NCBI GenBank assembly: GCA_964057225.1
Contig: OZ059900.1
Span: 7,750,001-7,814,000 of the forward strand
DNA length: 64,000 nt
Source: Auanema rhodensis
Lineage: Eukaryota > Animalia > Nematoda
Direction: 5' to 3'
Below, piece by piece: positions 28,001 through 43,000 of the stretch. Each line of letters opens with the position of its first letter. The first letter of the stretch is position 1. The notes under the pieces were generated by a model, which made no database searches, was not told the DNA's origin, and saw nothing but the letters and a program-made list of their open reading frames with translations. Made by a program: the position numbers and the translations under genes.

Positions 28001-31000
28001 ATATTCAACGATTTTGGGTACAAAACATGTGAAAACTGTATGTTTTGATCAGACCCTTTGAGATATGGATTTGAAATTCAGGATTCATAAACTTTGACTA
28101 TTTTTACATATATATGTCCAATTTTAACCACTTTGGTCAAAAAGGACCGAAAATATCAAGAATTATTGGTTTTTTGGGGATTGAAGGGCATTTTGGCAAA
28201 ATCAGTCAAACTTTTGATCTTAAGCATATTTTTTTCTTCTAAAACGACTAAATGTATGAAATACTGTCATAGAATGTTCATATAGGTGTATTTTGCACAA
28301 ATATCAAAACTGATTGAAATATGGGCCTTTTTATGCTCAAAACGCCATATATTCAACGATTTTGGGTACAAAACATGTGAAAACTGTATGTTTTGATCAG
28401 ACCCTTTGAGATATGGATTTGAAATTCAGGATTCATAAACTTTGACTATTTTTACATATATATGTCCAATTTTAACCACTTTGGTCAAAAAGGACCGAAA
28501 ATATCAAGAATTATTGGTTTTTTGGGGTTTGAAGGGCATTTTGGCAAAATCAGTCAAACTTTTGATCTTAAGCATATTTTTTTCTTCTAAAACGACTAAA
28601 TGTATGAAATACTGTCAAAGAATGTTCATATAGGTGTATTTTGCACGAATATCAAAACTGATTGAAATATGGGCCTTTTTATGTTCAAAACGCCATATAT
28701 TCAACGATTTTGGGTACAAAACATGTGAAAACTGTATGTTTTGATCAGACCCTTTGAGATATGGATTTGAAATTCAGGATTCATAAACTTCGACTATTTT
28801 TACATATATATGTCCAATTTTAACCACTTTGGTCGAAAAGGACCGAAAATATCAAGAATTATTGGTTTTTTGGGGATTGAAGGGCATTTTGGCAAAATCA
28901 GTCAAACTTTTGATCTTAAGCATATTTTTTTCTTCTAAAACGACTAAATGTATGAAATACTGTCATAGAATGTTCATATAGGTGTATTTTGCACGAATAT
29001 CAAAACTGATTGAAATATGGGCCTTTTTATGTTCAAAACGCCATATATTCAACGATTTTGGGTACAAAACATGTGAAAACTGTATGTTTTGATCAGACCC
29101 TTTGAGATATGGATTTGGAATTCAGGATTCATAAACTTTGACTATTTTTACATATATATGTTCAATTTTAACCACTTTGGTCAAAAAGGACCGAAAATAT
29201 CAAGAATTATTGGTTTTTTGGGGTTTGAAGGGCATTTTGGCTAAATCAGTCAAACTTTTGATCTTAAGCATATTTTTTTCTTCTAAAACGACTAAATGTA
29301 TGAAATACTGTCATAGAATGTTCATATAGGTGTATTTTGCACGAATATCAAAACTGATTGAAATATGGGCCTTTTTATGTTCAAAACGCCATATATTCAA
29401 CGATTTTGGGTACAAAACATGTGAAAACTGTATGTTTTGATCAGACCCTTTGAGATATGGATTTGAAATTCAGGATTCATAAACTTTGACTATTTTTACA
29501 TATATATGTCCAATTTTAACCACTTTGGTCAAAAAGGACCGAAAATATCAAGAATTATTGGTTTTTTGGGGATTGAAGGGCATTTTGGCAAAATCAGTCA
29601 AACTTTTGATCTTAAGCATATTTTTTTCTTCTAAAACGACTAAATGTATGAAATACTGTCATAGAATGTTCATATAGGTGTATTTTGCACAAATATCAAA
29701 ACTGATTGAAATATGGGCCTTTTTATGCTCAAAACGCCATATATTCAACGATTTTGGGTACAAAACATGTGAAAACGGTATGTTTTGATCAGACCCTTTG
29801 AGATATGGATTTGAAATTAAGGATTCATAAACTTCGACTATTTCTACATATATATGTCCAATTTTAACCACTTTGGTCAAAAAGGACCGAAAATATCAAG
29901 AATTATTGGTTTTTTGGGGTTTGAAGGGCATTTTGGCTAAATCAGTCAAACTTTTGATCTTAAGCATATTTTTTTCTTCTAAAACGACTAAATGTATGAA
30001 ATACTGTCATAGAATGTTCATATAGGTGTATTTTGCACGAATATCAAAACTGATTGAAATATGGGCCTTTTTATGTTCAAAACGCCATATATTCAACGAT
30101 TTTGGGTACAAAACATGTGAAAACTGTATGTTTTGATCAGACCCTTTGAGATATGGATTTGAAATTCAGGATTCATAAACTTTGACTATTTTTACATATA
30201 TATGTCCAATTTTAACCACTTTGGTCAAAAAGGACCGAAAATATCAAGAATTATTGGTTTTTTGGGGATTGAAGGGCATTTTGGCAAAATCAGTCAAACT
30301 TTTGATCTTAAGCATATTTTTTTCTTCTAAAACGACTAAATGTATGAAATACTGTCATAGAATGTTCATATAGGTGTATTTTGCACAAATATCAAAACTG
30401 ATTGAAATATGGGCCTTTTTATGCTCAAAACGCCATATATTCAACGATTTTGGGTACAAAACATGTGAAAACTGTATGTTTTGATCAGACCCTTTGAGAT
30501 ATGGATTTAAAATTCAGGATTCATAAAATTCGACTATTTTTACATATATATGTCCAATTTTAACCACTTTGGTCAAAAAGGACCGAAAATATCAAGAATT
30601 ATTGGTTTTTTGGGGTTTGAAGGGCATTTTGGCAAAATCAGCCAAACTTTTGATCTTAAGCATATTTTTTTCTTCTAAAACGACTAAATGTATGAAATAC
30701 TGTCATAGAATGTTCATATAGGTGTATTTTGCACGAATATCAAAACTGATTGAAATATGGGCCTTTTTATGCTCAAAACGCCATATATTCAACGATTTTG
30801 GGTACAAAACATGTGAAAACTGTATGTTTTGATCAGACCCTTTGAGATATGGATTTGAAATTCAGGATTCATAAACTTCGACTATTTCTACATATATATG
30901 TCCAATTTTAACCACTTTGGTCAAAAAGGACCGAAAATATCAAGAATTATTGGTTTTTTGGGGTTTGAAGGGCATTTTGGCAAAATCAGTCAAACTTTTG

Positions 31001-34000
31001 ATCTTAAGCATATTTTTTTCTTCTAAAACGACTAAATGTATGAAATACTGTCATAGAATGTTCATAAAGGTGTATTTTGCACGAATATCAAAACTGATTG
31101 AAATATGGGCCTTTTTATGTTCAAAACGCCATATATTCAACGATTTTGGGTACAAAACATGTGAAAACTGTATGTTTTGATCAGACCCTTTGAGATATGG
31201 ATTTGAAATTCAGGATTCATAAACTTTGACTATTTTTACATATATATGTCCAATTTTAACCACTTTGGTCAAAAAGGACCGAAAATATCAAGAATTATTG
31301 GTTTTTTGGGGATTGAAGGGCATTTTGGCAAAATCAGTCAAACTTTTGCTCTTAAGCATATTTTTTTCTTCTAAAACGACTAAATGTATGAAATACTGTC
31401 ATAGAATGTTCATATAGGTGTATTTTGCACGAATATCAAAACTGATTGAAATATGGGCCTTTTTATGCTCAAAACGCCATATATTCAACGATTTTGGGTA
31501 CAAAACATGTGAAAACTGTATGTTTTGATCAGACCCTTTGAGATATGGATTTAAAATTCAGGATTCATAAAATTCGACTATTTTTACATATATATGTCCA
31601 ATTTTAACCACTTTGGTCAAAAAGGACCGAAAATATCAAGAATTATTGGTTTTTTGGGGTTTGAAGGGCATTTTGGCAAAATCAGTCAAACTTTTGATCT
31701 TAAGCATATTTTTTTCTTCTAAAACGACTAAATGTATGAAATACTGTCAAAGAATGTTCATATAGGTGTATTTTGCACGAATATCAAAACTGATTGAAAT
31801 ATGGGCCTTTTTATGTTCAAAACGCCATATATTCAACGATTTTGGGTACAAAACATGTGAAAACTGTATGTTTTGATCAGACCCTTTGAGATATGGATTT
31901 GAAATTCAGGATTCATAAACTTCGACTATTTTTACATATATATGTCCAATTTTAACCACTTTGGTCGAAAAGGACCGAAAATATCAAGAATTATTGGTTT
32001 TTTGGGGATTGAAGGGCATTTTGGCAAAATCAGTCAAACTTTTGATCTTAAGCATATTTTTTTCTTCTAAAACGACTAAATGTATGAAATACTGTCATAG
32101 AATGTTCATATAGGTGTATTTTGCACGAATATCAAAACTGATTGAAATATGGGCCTTTTTATGTTCAAAACGCCATATATTCAACGATTTTGGGTACAAA
32201 ACATGTGAAAACTGTATGTTTTGATCAGACCCTTTGAGATATGGATTTGGAATTCAGGATTCATAAACTTTGACTATTTTTACATATATATGTTCAATTT
32301 TAACCACTTTGGTCAAAAAGGACCGAAAATATCAAGAATTATTGGTTTTTTGGGGTTTGAAGGGCATTTTGGCTAAATCAGTCAAACTTTTGATCTTAAG
32401 CATATTTTTTTCTTCTAAAACGACTAAATGTATGAAATACTGTCATAGAATGTTCAAATAGGTGTATTTTGCACGAATATCAAAACTGATTGAAATATGG
32501 GCCTTTTTATGTTCAAAACGCCATATATTCAACGATTTTGGGTACAAAACATGTGAAAACTGTATGTTTTGATCAGACCCTTTGAGATATGGATTTGAAA
32601 TTCAGGATTCATAAACTTTGACTATTTTTACATATATATGTCCAATTTTAACCACTTTGGTCAAAAAGGACCGAAAATATCAAGAATTATTGGTTTTTTG
32701 GGGATTGAAGGGCATTTTGGCAAAATCAGTCAAACTTTTGATCTTAAGCATATTTTTTTCTTCTAAAACGACTAAATGTATGAAATACTGTCATAGAATG
32801 TTCATATAGGTGTATTTTGCACAAATATCAAAACTGATTGAAATATGGGCCTTTTTATGCTCAAAACGCCATATATTCAACGATTTTGGGTACAAAACAT
32901 GTGAAAACTGTATGTTTTGATCAGACCCTTTGAGATATGGATTTAAAATTCAGGATTCATAAAATTCGACTATTTTTACATATATATGTCCAATTTTAAC
33001 CACTTTGGTCAAAAAGGACCGAAAATATCAAGAATTATTGGTTTTTTGGGGTTTGAAGGGCATTTTGGCAAAATCAGTCAAACTTTTGATCTTAAGCATA
33101 TTTTTTTCTTCTAAAACGACTAAATGTATGAAATACTGTCAAAGAATGTTCATATAGGTGTATTTTGCACGAATATCAAAACTGATTGAAATATGGGCCT
33201 TTTTATGTTCAAAACGCCATATATTCAACGATTTTGGGTACAAAACATGTGAAAACTGTATGTTTTGATCAGACCCTTTGAGATATGGATTTGAAATTCA
33301 GGATTCATAAACTTCGACTATTTTTACATATATATGTCCAATTTTAACCACTTTGGTCGAAAAGGACCGAAAATATCAAGAATTATTGGTTTTTTGGGGA
33401 TTGAAGGGCATTTTGGCAAAATCAGTCAAACTTTTGATCTTAAGCATATTTTTTTCTTCTAAAACGACTAAATGTATGAAATACTGTCATAGAATGTTCA
33501 TATAGGTGTATTTTGCACGAATATCAAAACTGATTGAAATATGGGCCTTTTTATGTTCAAAACGCCATATATTCAACGATTTTGGGTACAAAACATGTGA
33601 AAACTGTATGTTTTGATCAGACCCTTTGAGATATGGATTTGGAATTCAGGATTCATAAACTTTGACTATTTTTACATATATATGTTCAATTTTAACCACT
33701 TTGGTCAAAAAGGACCGAAAATATCAAGAATTATTGGTTTTTTGGGGTTTGAAGGGCATTTTGGCTAAATCAGTCAAACTTTTGATCTTAAGCATATTTT
33801 TTTCTTCTAAAACGACTAAATGTATGAAATACTGTCATAGAATGTTCAAATAGGTGTATTTTGCACGAATATCAAAACTGATTGAAATATGGGCCTTTTT
33901 ATGTTCAAAACGCCATATATTCAACGATTTTGGGTACAAAACATGTGAAAACTGTATGTTTTGATCAGACCCTTTGAGATATGGATTTGAAATTCAGGAT

Positions 34001-37000
34001 TCATAAACTTTGACTATTTTTACATATATATGTCCAATTTTAACCACTTTGGTCAAAAAGGACCGAAAATATCAAGAATTGTTGGTTTTTTGGGGATTGA
34101 AGGGCATTTTGGCAAAATCAGTCAAACTTTTGATCTTAAGCATATTTTTTTCTTCTAAAACGACTAAATGTATGAAATACTGTCATAGAATGTTCATATA
34201 GGTGTATTTTGCACAAATATCAAAACTGATTGAAATATGGGCCTTTTTATGCTCAAAACGCCATATATTCAACGATTTTGGGTACAAAACATGTGAAAAC
34301 TGTATGTTTTGATCAGACCCTTTGAGATATGGATTTAAAATTCAGGATTCATAAAATTCGACTATTTTTACATATATATGTCCAATTTTAACCACTTTGG
34401 TCAAAAAGGACCGAAAATATCAAGAATTATTGGTTTTTTGGGGTTTGAAGGGCATTTTGGCAAAATCAGTCAAACTTTTGATCTTAAGCATATTTTTTTC
34501 TTCTAAAACGACTAAATGTATGAAATACTGTCATAGAATGTTCATATAGGTGTATTTTGCACGAATATCAAAACTGATTGAAATATGGGCCTTTTTATGC
34601 TCAAAACGCCATATATTCAACGATTTTGGGTACAAAACATGTGAAAACTGTATGTTTTGATCAGACCCTTTGAGATATGGATTTGAAATTCAGGATTCAT
34701 AAACTTCGACTATTTCTACATATATATGTCCAATTTTAACCACTTTGGTCAAAAAGGACCGAAAATATCAAGAATTATTGGTTTTTTGGGGTTTGAAGGG
34801 CATTTTGGCAAAATCAGTCAAACTTTTGATCTTAAGCATATTTTTTTCTTCTAAAACGACTAAATGTATGAAATACTGTCATAGAATGTTCATATAGGTG
34901 TATTTTGCACGAATATCAAAACTGATTGAAATATGGGCCTTTTTATGTTCAAAACGCCATATATTCAACGATTTTGGGTACAAAACATGTGAAAACTGTA
35001 TGTTTTGATCAGACCCTTTGAGATATGGATTTGAAATTCAGGATTCATAAACTTTGACTATTTTTACATATATATGTCCAATTTTAACCACTTTGGTCAA
35101 AAAGGACCGAAAATATCAAGAATTATTGGTTTTTTGGGGATTGAAGGGCATTTTGGCAAAATCAGTCAAACTTTTGCTCTTAAGCATATTTTTTTCTTCT
35201 AAAACGACTAAATGTATGAAATACTGTCATAGAATGTTCATATAGGTGTATTTTGCACGAATATCAAAACTGATTGAAATATGGGCCTTTTTATGCTCAA
35301 AACGCCATATATTCAACGATTTTGGGTACAAAACATGTGAAAACTGTATGTTTTGATCAGACCCTTTGAGATATGGATTTAAAACTCAGGATTCATAAAA
35401 TTCGACTATTTTTACATATATATGTCCAATTTTAACCACTTTGGTCAAAAAGGACCGAAAATATCAAGAATTATTGGTTTTTTGGGGTTTGAAGGGCATT
35501 TTGGCAAAATCAGTCAAACTTTTGATCTTAAGCATATTTTTTTCTTCTAAAACGACTAAATGTATGAAATACTGTCAAAGAATGTTCATATAGGTGTATT
35601 TTGCACGAATATCAAAACTGATTGAAATATGGGCCTTTTTATGTTCAAAACGCCATATATTCAACGATTTTGGGTACAAAACATGTGAAAACTGTATGTT
35701 TTGATCAGACCCTTTGAGATATGGATTTGAAATTCAGGATTCATAAACTTCGACTATTTTTACATATATATGTCCAATTTTAACCACTTTGGTCGAAAAG
35801 GACCGAAAATATCAAGAATTATTGGTTTTTTGGGGATTGAAGGGCATTTTGGCAAAATCAGTCAAACTTTTGATCTTAAGCATATTTTTTTCTTCTAAAA
35901 CGACTAAATGTATGAAATACTGTCATAGAATGTTCATATAGGTGTATTTTGCACGAATATCAAAACTGATTGAAATATGGGCCTTTTTATGTTCAAAACG
36001 CCATATATTCAACGATTTTGGGTACAAAACATGTGAAAACTGTATGTTTTGATCAGACCCTTTGAGATATGGATTTGGAATTCAGGATTCATAAACTTTG
36101 ACTATTTTTACATATATATGTTCAATTTTAACCACTTTGGTCAAAAAGGACCGAAAATATCAAGAATTATTGGTTTTTTGGGGTTTGAAGGGCATTTTGG
36201 CTAAATCAGTCAAACTTTTGATCTTAAGCATATTTTTTTCTTCTAAAACGACTAAATGTATGAAATACTGTCATAGAATGTTCAAATAGGTGTATTTTGC
36301 ACGAATATCAAAACTGATTGAAATATGGGCCTTTTTATGTTCAAAACGCCATATATTCAACGATTTTGGGTACAAAACATGTGAAAACTGTATGTTTTGA
36401 TCAGACCCTTTGAGATATGGATTTGAAATTCAGGATTCATAAACTTTGACTATTTTTACATATATATGTCCAATTTTAACCACTTTGGTCAAAAAGGACC
36501 GAAAATATCAAGAATTATTGGTTTTTTGGGGATTGAAGGGCATTTTGGCAAAATCAGTCAAACTTTTGATCTTAAGCATATTTTTTTCTTCTAAAACGAC
36601 TAAATGTATGAAATACTGTCATAGAATGTTCATATAGGTGTATTTTGCACAAATATCAAAACTGATTGAAATATGGGCCTTTTTATGCTCAAAACGCCAT
36701 ATATTCAACGATTTTGGGTACAAAACATGTGAAAACGGTATGTTTTGATCAGACCCTTTGAGATATGGATTTGAAATTCAGGATTCATAAACTTCGACTA
36801 TTTCTACATATATATGTCCAATTTTAACCACTTTGGTCAAAAAGGACCGAAAATATCAAGAATTATTGGTTTTTTGGGGTTTGAAGGGCATTTTGGCAAA
36901 ATCAGTCAAACTTTTGATCTTAAGCATATTTTTTTCTTCTAAAACGACTAAATGTATGAAATACTGTCAAAGAATGTTCATATAGGTGTATTTTGCACGA

Positions 37001-40000
37001 ATATCAAAACTGATTGAAATATGGGCCTTTTTATGCTCAAAACGCCATATATTCAACGATTTTGGGTACAAAACATGTGAAAACTGTATGTTTTGATCAG
37101 ACCCTTTGAGATATGGATTTAAAATTCAGGATTCATAAAATTCGACTATTTTTACATATATATGTCCAATTTTAACCACTTTGGTCAAAAAGGACCGAAA
37201 ATATCAAGAATTATTGGTTTTTTGGGGTTTGAAGGGCATTTTGGCAAAATCAGTCAAACTTTTGATCTTAAGCATATTTTTTTCTTCTAAAACGACTAAA
37301 TGTATGAAATACTGTCATAGAATGTTCATATATGTGTATTTTGCACGAATATCAAAACTGATTGAAATATGGGCCTTTTTATGCTCAAAACGCCATATAT
37401 TCAACGATTTTGGGTACAAAACATGTGAAAACTGTATGTTTTGATCAGACCCTTTGAGATATGGATTTGAAATTCAGGATTCATAAACTTTGACTATTTT
37501 TACATATATATGTTCAATTTTAACCACTTTGGTCAAAAAGGACCGAAAATATCAAGAATTATTGGTTTTTTGGGGTTTGAAGGGCATTTTGGCTAAATCA
37601 GTCAAACTTTTGATCTTAAGCATATTTTTTTCTTCTAAAACGACTAAATGTATGAAATACTGTCATAGAATGTTCATATAGGTGTATTTTGCACGAATAT
37701 CAAAACTGATTGAAATATGGGCCTTTTTATGTTCAAAACGCCATATATTCAACGATTTTGGGTACAAAACATGTGAAAACTGTATGTTTTGATCAGACCC
37801 TTTGAGATATGGATTTGAAATTCAGGATTCATAAACTTCGACTATTTTTACATATATATGTCCAATTTTAACCACTTTGGTCGAAAAGGACCGAAAATAT
37901 CAAGAATTATTGGTTTTTTGGGGATTGAAGGGCATTTTGGCAAAATCAGTCAAACTTTTGATCTTAAGCATATTTTTTTCTTCTAAAACGACTAAATGTA
38001 TGAAATACTGTCATAGAATGTTCATATAGGTGTATTTTGCACAAATATCAAAACTGATTGAAATATGGGCCTTTTTATGCTCAAAACGCCATATATTCAA
38101 CGATTTTGGGTACAAAACATGTGAAAACTGTATGTTTTGATCAGACCCTTTGAGATATGGATTTGAAATTCAGGATTCATAAACTTTGACTATTTTTACA
38201 TATATATGTCCAATTTTAACCACTTTGGTCAAAAAGGACCGAAAATATCAAGAATTATTGGTTTTTTGGGGTTTGAAGGGCATTTTGGCAAAATCAGTCA
38301 AACTTTTGATCTTAAGCATATTTTTCTCTTCTAAAACGACTAAATGTATGAAATACTGTCAAAGAATGTTCATATAGGTGTATTTTGCACGAATATCAAA
38401 ACTGATTGAAATATGGGCCTTTTTATGCTCAAAACGCCATATATTCAACGATTTTGGGTACAAAACATGTGAAAACTGTATGTTTTGATCAGACCCTTTG
38501 AGATATGGATTTAAAATTCAGGATTCATAAAATTCGACTATTTTTACATATATATGTCCAATTTTAACCACTTTGGTCAAAAAGGACCGAAAATATCAAG
38601 AATTATTGGTTTTTTGGGGTTTGAAGGGCATTTTGGCAAAATCAGTCAAACTTTTGATCTTAAGCATATTTTTTTCTTCTAAAACGACTAAATGTATGAA
38701 ATACTGTCATAGAATGTTCATATAGGTGTATTTTGCACGAATATCAAAACTGATTGAAATATGGGCCTTTTTATGCTCAAAACGCCATATATTCAACGAT
38801 TTTGGGTACAAAACATGTGAAAACTGTATGTTTTGATCAGACCCTTTGAGATATGGATTTGAAATTCAGGATTCATAAACTTCGACTATTTCTACATATA
38901 TATGTCCAATTTTAACCACTTTGGTCAAAAAGGACCGAAAATATCAAGAATTATTGGTTTTTTGGGGTTTGAAGGGCATTTTGGCAAAATCAGTCAAACT
39001 TTTGATCTTAAGCATATTTTTTTCTTCTAAAACGACTAAATGTATGAAATACTGTCATAGAATGTTCATATAGGTGTATTTTGCACGAATATCAAAACTG
39101 ATTGAAATATGGGTCTTTTTATGTTCAAAACGCCATATATTCAACGATTTTGGGTACAAAACATGTGAAAACTGTATGTTTTGATCAGACCCTTTGAGAT
39201 ATGGATTTGAAATTCAGGATTCATAAACTTTGACTATTTTTACATATATATGTCCAATTTTAACCACTTTGGTCAAAAAGGACCGAAAATATCAAGAATT
39301 ATTGGTTTTTTGGGGATTGAAGGGCATTTTGGCAAAATCAGTCAAACTTTTGCTCTTAAGCATATTTTTTTCTTCTAAAACGACTAAATGTATGAAATAC
39401 TGTCATAGAATGTTCATATAGGTGTATTTTGCACGAATATCAAAACTGATTGAAATATGGGCCTTTTTATGCTCAAAACGCCATATATTCAACGATTTTG
39501 GGTACAAAACATGTGAAAACTGTATGTTTTGATCAGACCCTTTGAGATATGGATTTAAAATTCAGGATTCATAAAATTCGACTATTTTTACATATATATG
39601 TCCAATTTTAACCACTTTGGTCAAAAAGGACCGAAAATATCAAGAATTATTGGTTTTTTGGGGTTTGAAGGGCATTTTGGCAAAATCAGTCAAACTTTTG
39701 ATCTTAAGCATATTTTTTTCTTCTAAAACGACTAAATGTATGAAATACTGTCATAGAATGTTCATATAGGTGTATTTTGCACGAATATCAAAACTGATTG
39801 AAATATGGGCCTTTTTATGTTCAAAACGCCATATATTCAACGATTTTGGGTACAAAACATGTGAAAACTGTATGTTTTGATCAGACCCTTTGAGATATGG
39901 ATTTGGAATTCAGGATTCATAAACTTTGACTATTTTTACATATATATGTTCAATTTTAACCACTTTGGTCAAAAAGGACCGAAAATATCAAGAATTATTG

Positions 40001-43000
40001 GTTTTTTGGGGTTTGAAGGGCATTTTGGCTAAATCAGTCAAACTTTTGATCTTAAGCATATTTTTTTCTTCTAAAACGACTAAATGTATGAAATACTGTC
40101 ATAGAATGTTCAAATAGGTGTATTTTGCACGAATATCAAAACTGATTGAAATATGGGCCTTTTTATGTTCAAAACGCCATATATTCAACGATTTTGGGTA
40201 CAAAACATGTGAAAACTGTATGTTTTGATCAGACCCTTTGAGATATGGATTTGAAATTCAGGATTCATAAACTTTGACTATTTTTACATATATATGTCCA
40301 ATTTTAACCACTTTGGTCAAAAACGACCGAAAATATCAAGAATTATTGGTTTTTTGGGGATTGAAGGGCATTTTGGCAAAATCAGTCAAACTTTTGATCT
40401 TAAGCATATTTTTTTCTTCTAAAACGACTAAATGTATGAAATACTGTCATAGAATGTTCATATAGGTGTATTTTGCACAAATATCAAAACTGATTGAAAT
40501 ATGGGCCTTTTTATGCTCAAAACGCCATATATTCAACGATTTTGGGTACAAAACATGTGAAAACGGTATGTTTTGATCAGACCCTTTGAGATATGGATTT
40601 GAAATTCAGGATTCATAAACTTCGACTATTTCTACATATATATGTCCAATTTTAACCACTTTGGTCAAAAAGGACCGAAAATATCAAGAATTATTGGTTT
40701 TTTGGGGTTTGAAGGGCATTTTGGCAAAATCAGTCAAACTTTTGATCTTAAGCATATTTTTTTCTTCTAAAACGACTAAATGTATGAAATACTGTCAAAG
40801 AATGTTCATATAGGTGTATTTTGCACGAATATCAAAACTGATTGAAATATGGGCCTTTTTATGCTCAAAACGCCATATATTCAACGATTTTGGGTACAAA
40901 ACATGTGAAAACTGTATGTTTTGATCAGACCCTTTGAGATATGGATTTAAAATTCAGGATTCATAAAATTCGACTATTTTTACATATATATGTCCAATTT
41001 TAACCACTTTGGTCAAAAAGGACCGAAAATATCAAGAATTATTGGTTTTTTGGGGTTTGAAGGGCATTTTGGCAAAATCAGTCAAACTTTTGATCTTAAG
41101 CATATTTTTTTCTTCTAAAACGACTAAATGTATGAAATACTGTCATAGAATGTTCATATATGTGTATTTTGCACGAATATCAAAACTGATTGAAATATGG
41201 GCCTTTTTATGCTCAAAACGCCATATATTCAACGATTTTGGGTACAAAACATGTGAAAACTGTATGTTTTGATCAGACCCTTTGAGATATGGATTTGAAA
41301 TTCAGGATTCATAAACTTTGACTATTTTTACATATATATGTTCAATTTTAACCACTTTGGTCAAAAAGGACCGAAAATATCAAGAATTATTGGTTTTTTG
41401 GGGTTTGAAGGGCATTTTGGCAAAATCAGTCAAACTTTTGCTCTTAAGCATATTTTTTTCTTCTAAAACGACTAAATGTATGAAATACTGTCATAGAATG
41501 TTCATATAGGTGTATTTTGCACGAATATCAAAACTGATTGAAATATGGGCCTTTTTATGTTCAAAACGCCATATATTCAACGATTTTGGGTACAAAACAT
41601 GTGAAAACTGTATGTTTTGATCAGACCCTTTGAGATATGGATTTGAAATTCAGGATTCATAAACTTTGACTATTTTTACATATATATGTCCAATTTTAAC
41701 CACTTTGGTCAAAAAGGACCGAAAATATCAAGAATTATTGGTTTTTTGGGGATTGAAGGGCATTTTGGCAAAATCAGTCAAACTTTTGATCTTAAGCATA
41801 TTTTTTTCTTCTAAAACGACTAAATGTATGAAATACTGTCATAGAATGTTCATATAGGTGTATTTTGCACAAATATCAAAACTGATTGAAATATGGGCCT
41901 TTTTATGCTCAAAACGCCATATATTCAACGATTTTGGGTACAAAACATGTGAAAACGGTATGTTTTGATCAGACCCTTTGAGATATGGATTTGAAATTCA
42001 GGATTCATAAACTTCGACTATTTCTACATATATATGTCCAATTTTAACCACTTTGGTCAAAAAGGACCGAAAATATCAAGAATTATTGGTTTTTTGGGGT
42101 TTGAAGGGCATTTTGGCAAAATCAGTCAAACTTTTGATCTTAAGCATATTTTTTTCTTCTAAAACGACTAAATGTATGAAATACTGTCAAAGAATGTTCA
42201 TATAGGTGTATTTTGCACGAATATCAAAACTGATTGAAATATGGGCCTTTTTATGCTCAAAACGCCATATATTCAACGATTTTGGGTACAAAACATGTGA
42301 AAACTGTATGTTTTGATCAGACCCTTTGAGATATGGATTTAAAATTCAGGATTCATAAAATTCGACTATTTTTACATATATATGTCCAATTTTAACCACT
42401 TTGGTCAAAAAGGACCGAAAATATCAAGAATTATTGGTTTTTTGGGGTTTGAAGGGCATTTTGGCAAAATCAGTCAAACTTTTGATCTTAAGCATATTTT
42501 TTTCTTCTAAAACGACTAAATGTATGAAATACTGTCATAGAATGTTCATATAGGTGTATTTTGCACGAATATCAAAACTGATTGAAATATGGGCCTTTTT
42601 ATGCTCAAAACGCCATATATTCAACGATTTTGGGTACAAAACATGTGAAAACTGTATGTTTTGATCAGACCCTTTGAGATATGGATTTGAAATTCAGGAT
42701 TCATAAACTTCGACTATTTCTACATATATATGTCCAATTTTAACCACTTTGGTCAAAAAGGACCGAAAATATCAAGAATTATTGGTTTTTTGGGGTTTGA
42801 AGGGCATTTTGGCAAAATCAGTCAAACTTTTGATCTTAAGCATATTTTTTTCTTCTAAAACGACTAAATGTATGAAATACTGTCATAGAATGTTCATATA
42901 GGTGTATTTTGCACGAATATCAAAACTGATTGAAATATGGGCCTTTTTATGTTCAAAACGCCATATATTCAACGATTTTGGGTACAAAATATGTGAAAAC

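Noticed and set aside
18178-29880. Two minus-strand 73-aa ORFs (18178-18399, 29659-29880)
   Set aside because: Each arises from a different singleton SNP removing the same stop codon (TCAGG>TCTGG and TCAGG>TAAGG); incidental.
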